Shown here: piece after piece, positions 62,572 to 64,000 of the stretch | How the letters are laid out: the number at the start of each line of letters is the position of its first letter | Position numbering within the stretch: position 1 is the first letter of the stretch | IMG/VR virus record: IMGVR_UViG_3300009031_000368 | Coordinates: 1-64,000 of that record | Length of the DNA: 64,000 bases | Strand: one strand, 5' to 3' | From: a virus | Lineage: Duplodnaviria > Caudoviricetes | Notes under the pieces: generated by a model | What the model saw: only the letters and a program-made list of their open reading frames with translations | Database searches by the model: none | Told to the model about the DNA's origin: nothing | Made by a program: the position numbers and the translations under genes

Positions 62572-62907
62572 TTACCAGCTTGATGCCTTCCCAGTTTTGC
62601 CGACTCTGATAAAGAACGTCTGACTGAACGTAATGTCATCAGATGCAACATTCATTATGTCTAATCCCCTAAACTCTGCCGACTCAAGAAACCCCTTTAA
62701 TCCTTTTTTAAGTTCAGATACCGTATGGGCTTTGTTTAGCTTTAGGGTAACTATGAAACCATCAGCAGCTTCTGTAACAAACGATTCAGCCGACACATAT
62801 TTTGCGTAAGCGGTTGGCCTAAATACAGACTTTACCACTTCCATTGTCACACGGTATGTATCGCCGGCAGCTTCTTTAAGTTTTGATATCAGTTTTAATC
62901 TATGCAT
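62572..62907 (-). CDS. hypothetical protein with leader
   Basis: MHRLKLISKLKE|AAG. Confidence 0.6.
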   Translation of the reverse strand: MHRLKLISKLKEAAGDTYRVTMEVVKSVFRPTAYAKYVSAESFVTEAADGFIVTLKLNKAHTVSELKKGLKGFLESAEFRGLDIMNVASDDITFSQTFFIRVGKTGKASSW

Positions 62908-62910
62908 CTG

Positions 62911-64000
62911 TTATGCCGTTTTCTGTGACAGGTTAAACACTACAAACTCAGCCGGCTTGTGTGGCGCAAATCCGACGTCGATATTGACAACACCTTGATC
63001 GATTGATTCCTGCGGATTATTGGTACCATCTACAACGATGAAAAATGCTTCATCCTCAGTCTTGCCGGCAAAATAATTGTTGTTAAACAAATTCTTCATA
63101 AAGCTTTCAAGCTGAAGCTTAATCCGGGTCCAAAGCTGCGGGCCATTGTTTTCAAAAGGAACCCAATGCATCGCGTTATAGATTGACTTACTGAGATACA
63201 TGTAAAGCATTCTTGCCTGAATGTATTTATACTCATCATTGACGTCAAGCGTCCTGGCTCCCCATACCGCCGTTCCGATCCTGGTTCGTTTAATGATGGC
63301 ATTCAATCCTACGTCATTGGCCGTTCCAACCTCGCCATCTAGCGCATTGGATTCAAGTCCCAGCAGGTAGGCCAATTGTCCATCTTCTTTACCGGCTGGT
63401 GCCTTTGAAACGTTCTTATTACTTATCGTTCTAGCATATACGCCAGCCACATGACCGATTGGTGGCACAGTCTTTGACTTTTCTGTCACTGGGTCTATGA
63501 CTCTTATCCATGGCCAATAGATGGCTGCATATGTTGACAGCTTATTGAGCGTATTCTTTTTATAATTGACTGCCTGTTGAACCGTCATACCTGATGGTGT
63601 AGCCAGGATTGCAAACCTGTCACCCTTATCTTCACAAAAATCAACAATGGCACCATCTACCGTTTCATCACCGGCAAAATCAGGCACAACGATCAGCAGG
63701 TTATCTTCAATGGCGTTGAATGCAAAGATACCCTTTCCATCCGCCTCAAGACTTGCTGATGTTACATCGCTTGACGAAACGGCTGAGCCATCATCGCCAC
63801 CAGCCATTGTAACCGTATAAGTTGTTTCGGCCGGCTGCTTCACGTAATCGATTGTAACATCACTATCGGCAAGTGGTGCAGTGCTTAACGTGAATGCATA
63901 CACGCCGGTATCGTAATCGATCGTATTGTCGCCCGAACTATCAACATCACCAATCAAATTGCCAGAGCCATCATCGGTAATTGAAAGTTCAGAACTATCG
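62911..64000 (-). CDS. contractile tail sheath protein (5' end outside the window)
   Basis: YAAIYWPWI, VPPIGHVAGVYART, AVWGARTL, PFENNGPQLW and VGFAPHKPAEFVVF; frame stays open to the window edge. Confidence 0.96.
   Translation of the reverse strand, partial: DSSELSITDDGSGNLIGDVDSSGDNTIDYDTGVYAFTLSTAPLADSDVTIDYVKQPAETTYTVTMAGGDDGSAVSSSDVTSASLEADGKGIFAFNAIEDNLLIVVPDFAGDETVDGAIVDFCEDKGDRFAILATPSGMTVQQAVNYKKNTLNKLSTYAAIYWPWIRVIDPVTEKSKTVPPIGHVAGVYARTISNKNVSKAPAGKEDGQLAYLLGLESNALDGEVGTANDVGLNAIIKRTRIGTAVWGARTLDVNDEYKYIQARMLYMYLSKSIYNAMHWVPFENNGPQLWTRIKLQLESFMKNLFNNNYFAGKTEDEAFFIVVDGTNNPQESIDQGVVNIDVGFAPHKPAEFVVFNLSQKTA

Noticed and set aside
1-64000. tRNA, rRNA or CRISPR array
   Set aside because: No T-loop/acceptor-stem patterns in intergenic DNA and no regularly spaced repeat-spacer array were seen. 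The dispersed palindrome is kilobases apart, not 60-70 bp. A tRNAscan-SE/Infernal run would be needed to exclude RNA genes fully.
1-64000. Stop-codon reassignment (as in some large phages)
   Set aside because: Recognisable genes (dnaN, sheath, tube, tape measure, baseplate) are full length in the standard code, and coding density is high.
43645-64000. Bacterial eCIS/PVC locus or R-type tailocin
   Set aside because: The flanking 40 kb is typical phage early-gene content, with no bacterial housekeeping context and no eCIS AAA+ ATPase in view.
39402-64000. T4-type late promoter TATAAATA
   Set aside because: Not found upstream of structural genes; the one instance noticed is inside the sheath CDS. 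A loose TCAATA-like word upstream of a few late genes was too weak to call.

Overview
The window is a 64-kb segment of a large, lytic-looking tailed dsDNA phage with a contractile tail, read in the standard genetic code. (1) 0-7.3 kb: a beta sliding-clamp gene, a small palm-polymerase-like ORF, and probable head-associated genes (an acidic/Arg-rich repeat protein and a ParB/Srx-like protein). (2) 7.4-39.4 kb: an accessory 'early' region of short ORFs, split into cassettes by about 27 near-consensus sigma70-type promoters. It contains a plasmid-like replicon module (wHTH gene plus a ColE2-type Rep/PriCT-1/HTH protein fused to a DnaG-like TOPRIM region), two ADP-ribosyltransferase-like genes and a GNAT gene. 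A repeat-rich, largely non-coding 1.5-kb stretch (36.3-37.8 kb) looks like an origin or terminus. (3) 39.4-64 kb: a minus-strand morphogenesis block with sheath (truncated by the window edge), two tube-like genes, a tail chaperone with a likely -1 frameshift, tape measure, LysM, gpD-like hub, gp5/gpV spike, gp25, J-like wedge, gpI-like wedge, fibre-like protein and CIS-tube-like protein. Small inserted genes, many with [LIV]xE-ending N-terminal leaders, are interspersed. The main unexplained signal is the 12-bp everted palindrome GCAAT-CA-ATTGC. I read 12 exact copies plus several one-mismatch copies, spread every few kb over the whole window in both orientations, inside and between genes. No tRNA, rRNA or CRISPR array was recognised. 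All homology calls come from motif recognition by eye and need HMM or structure confirmation.
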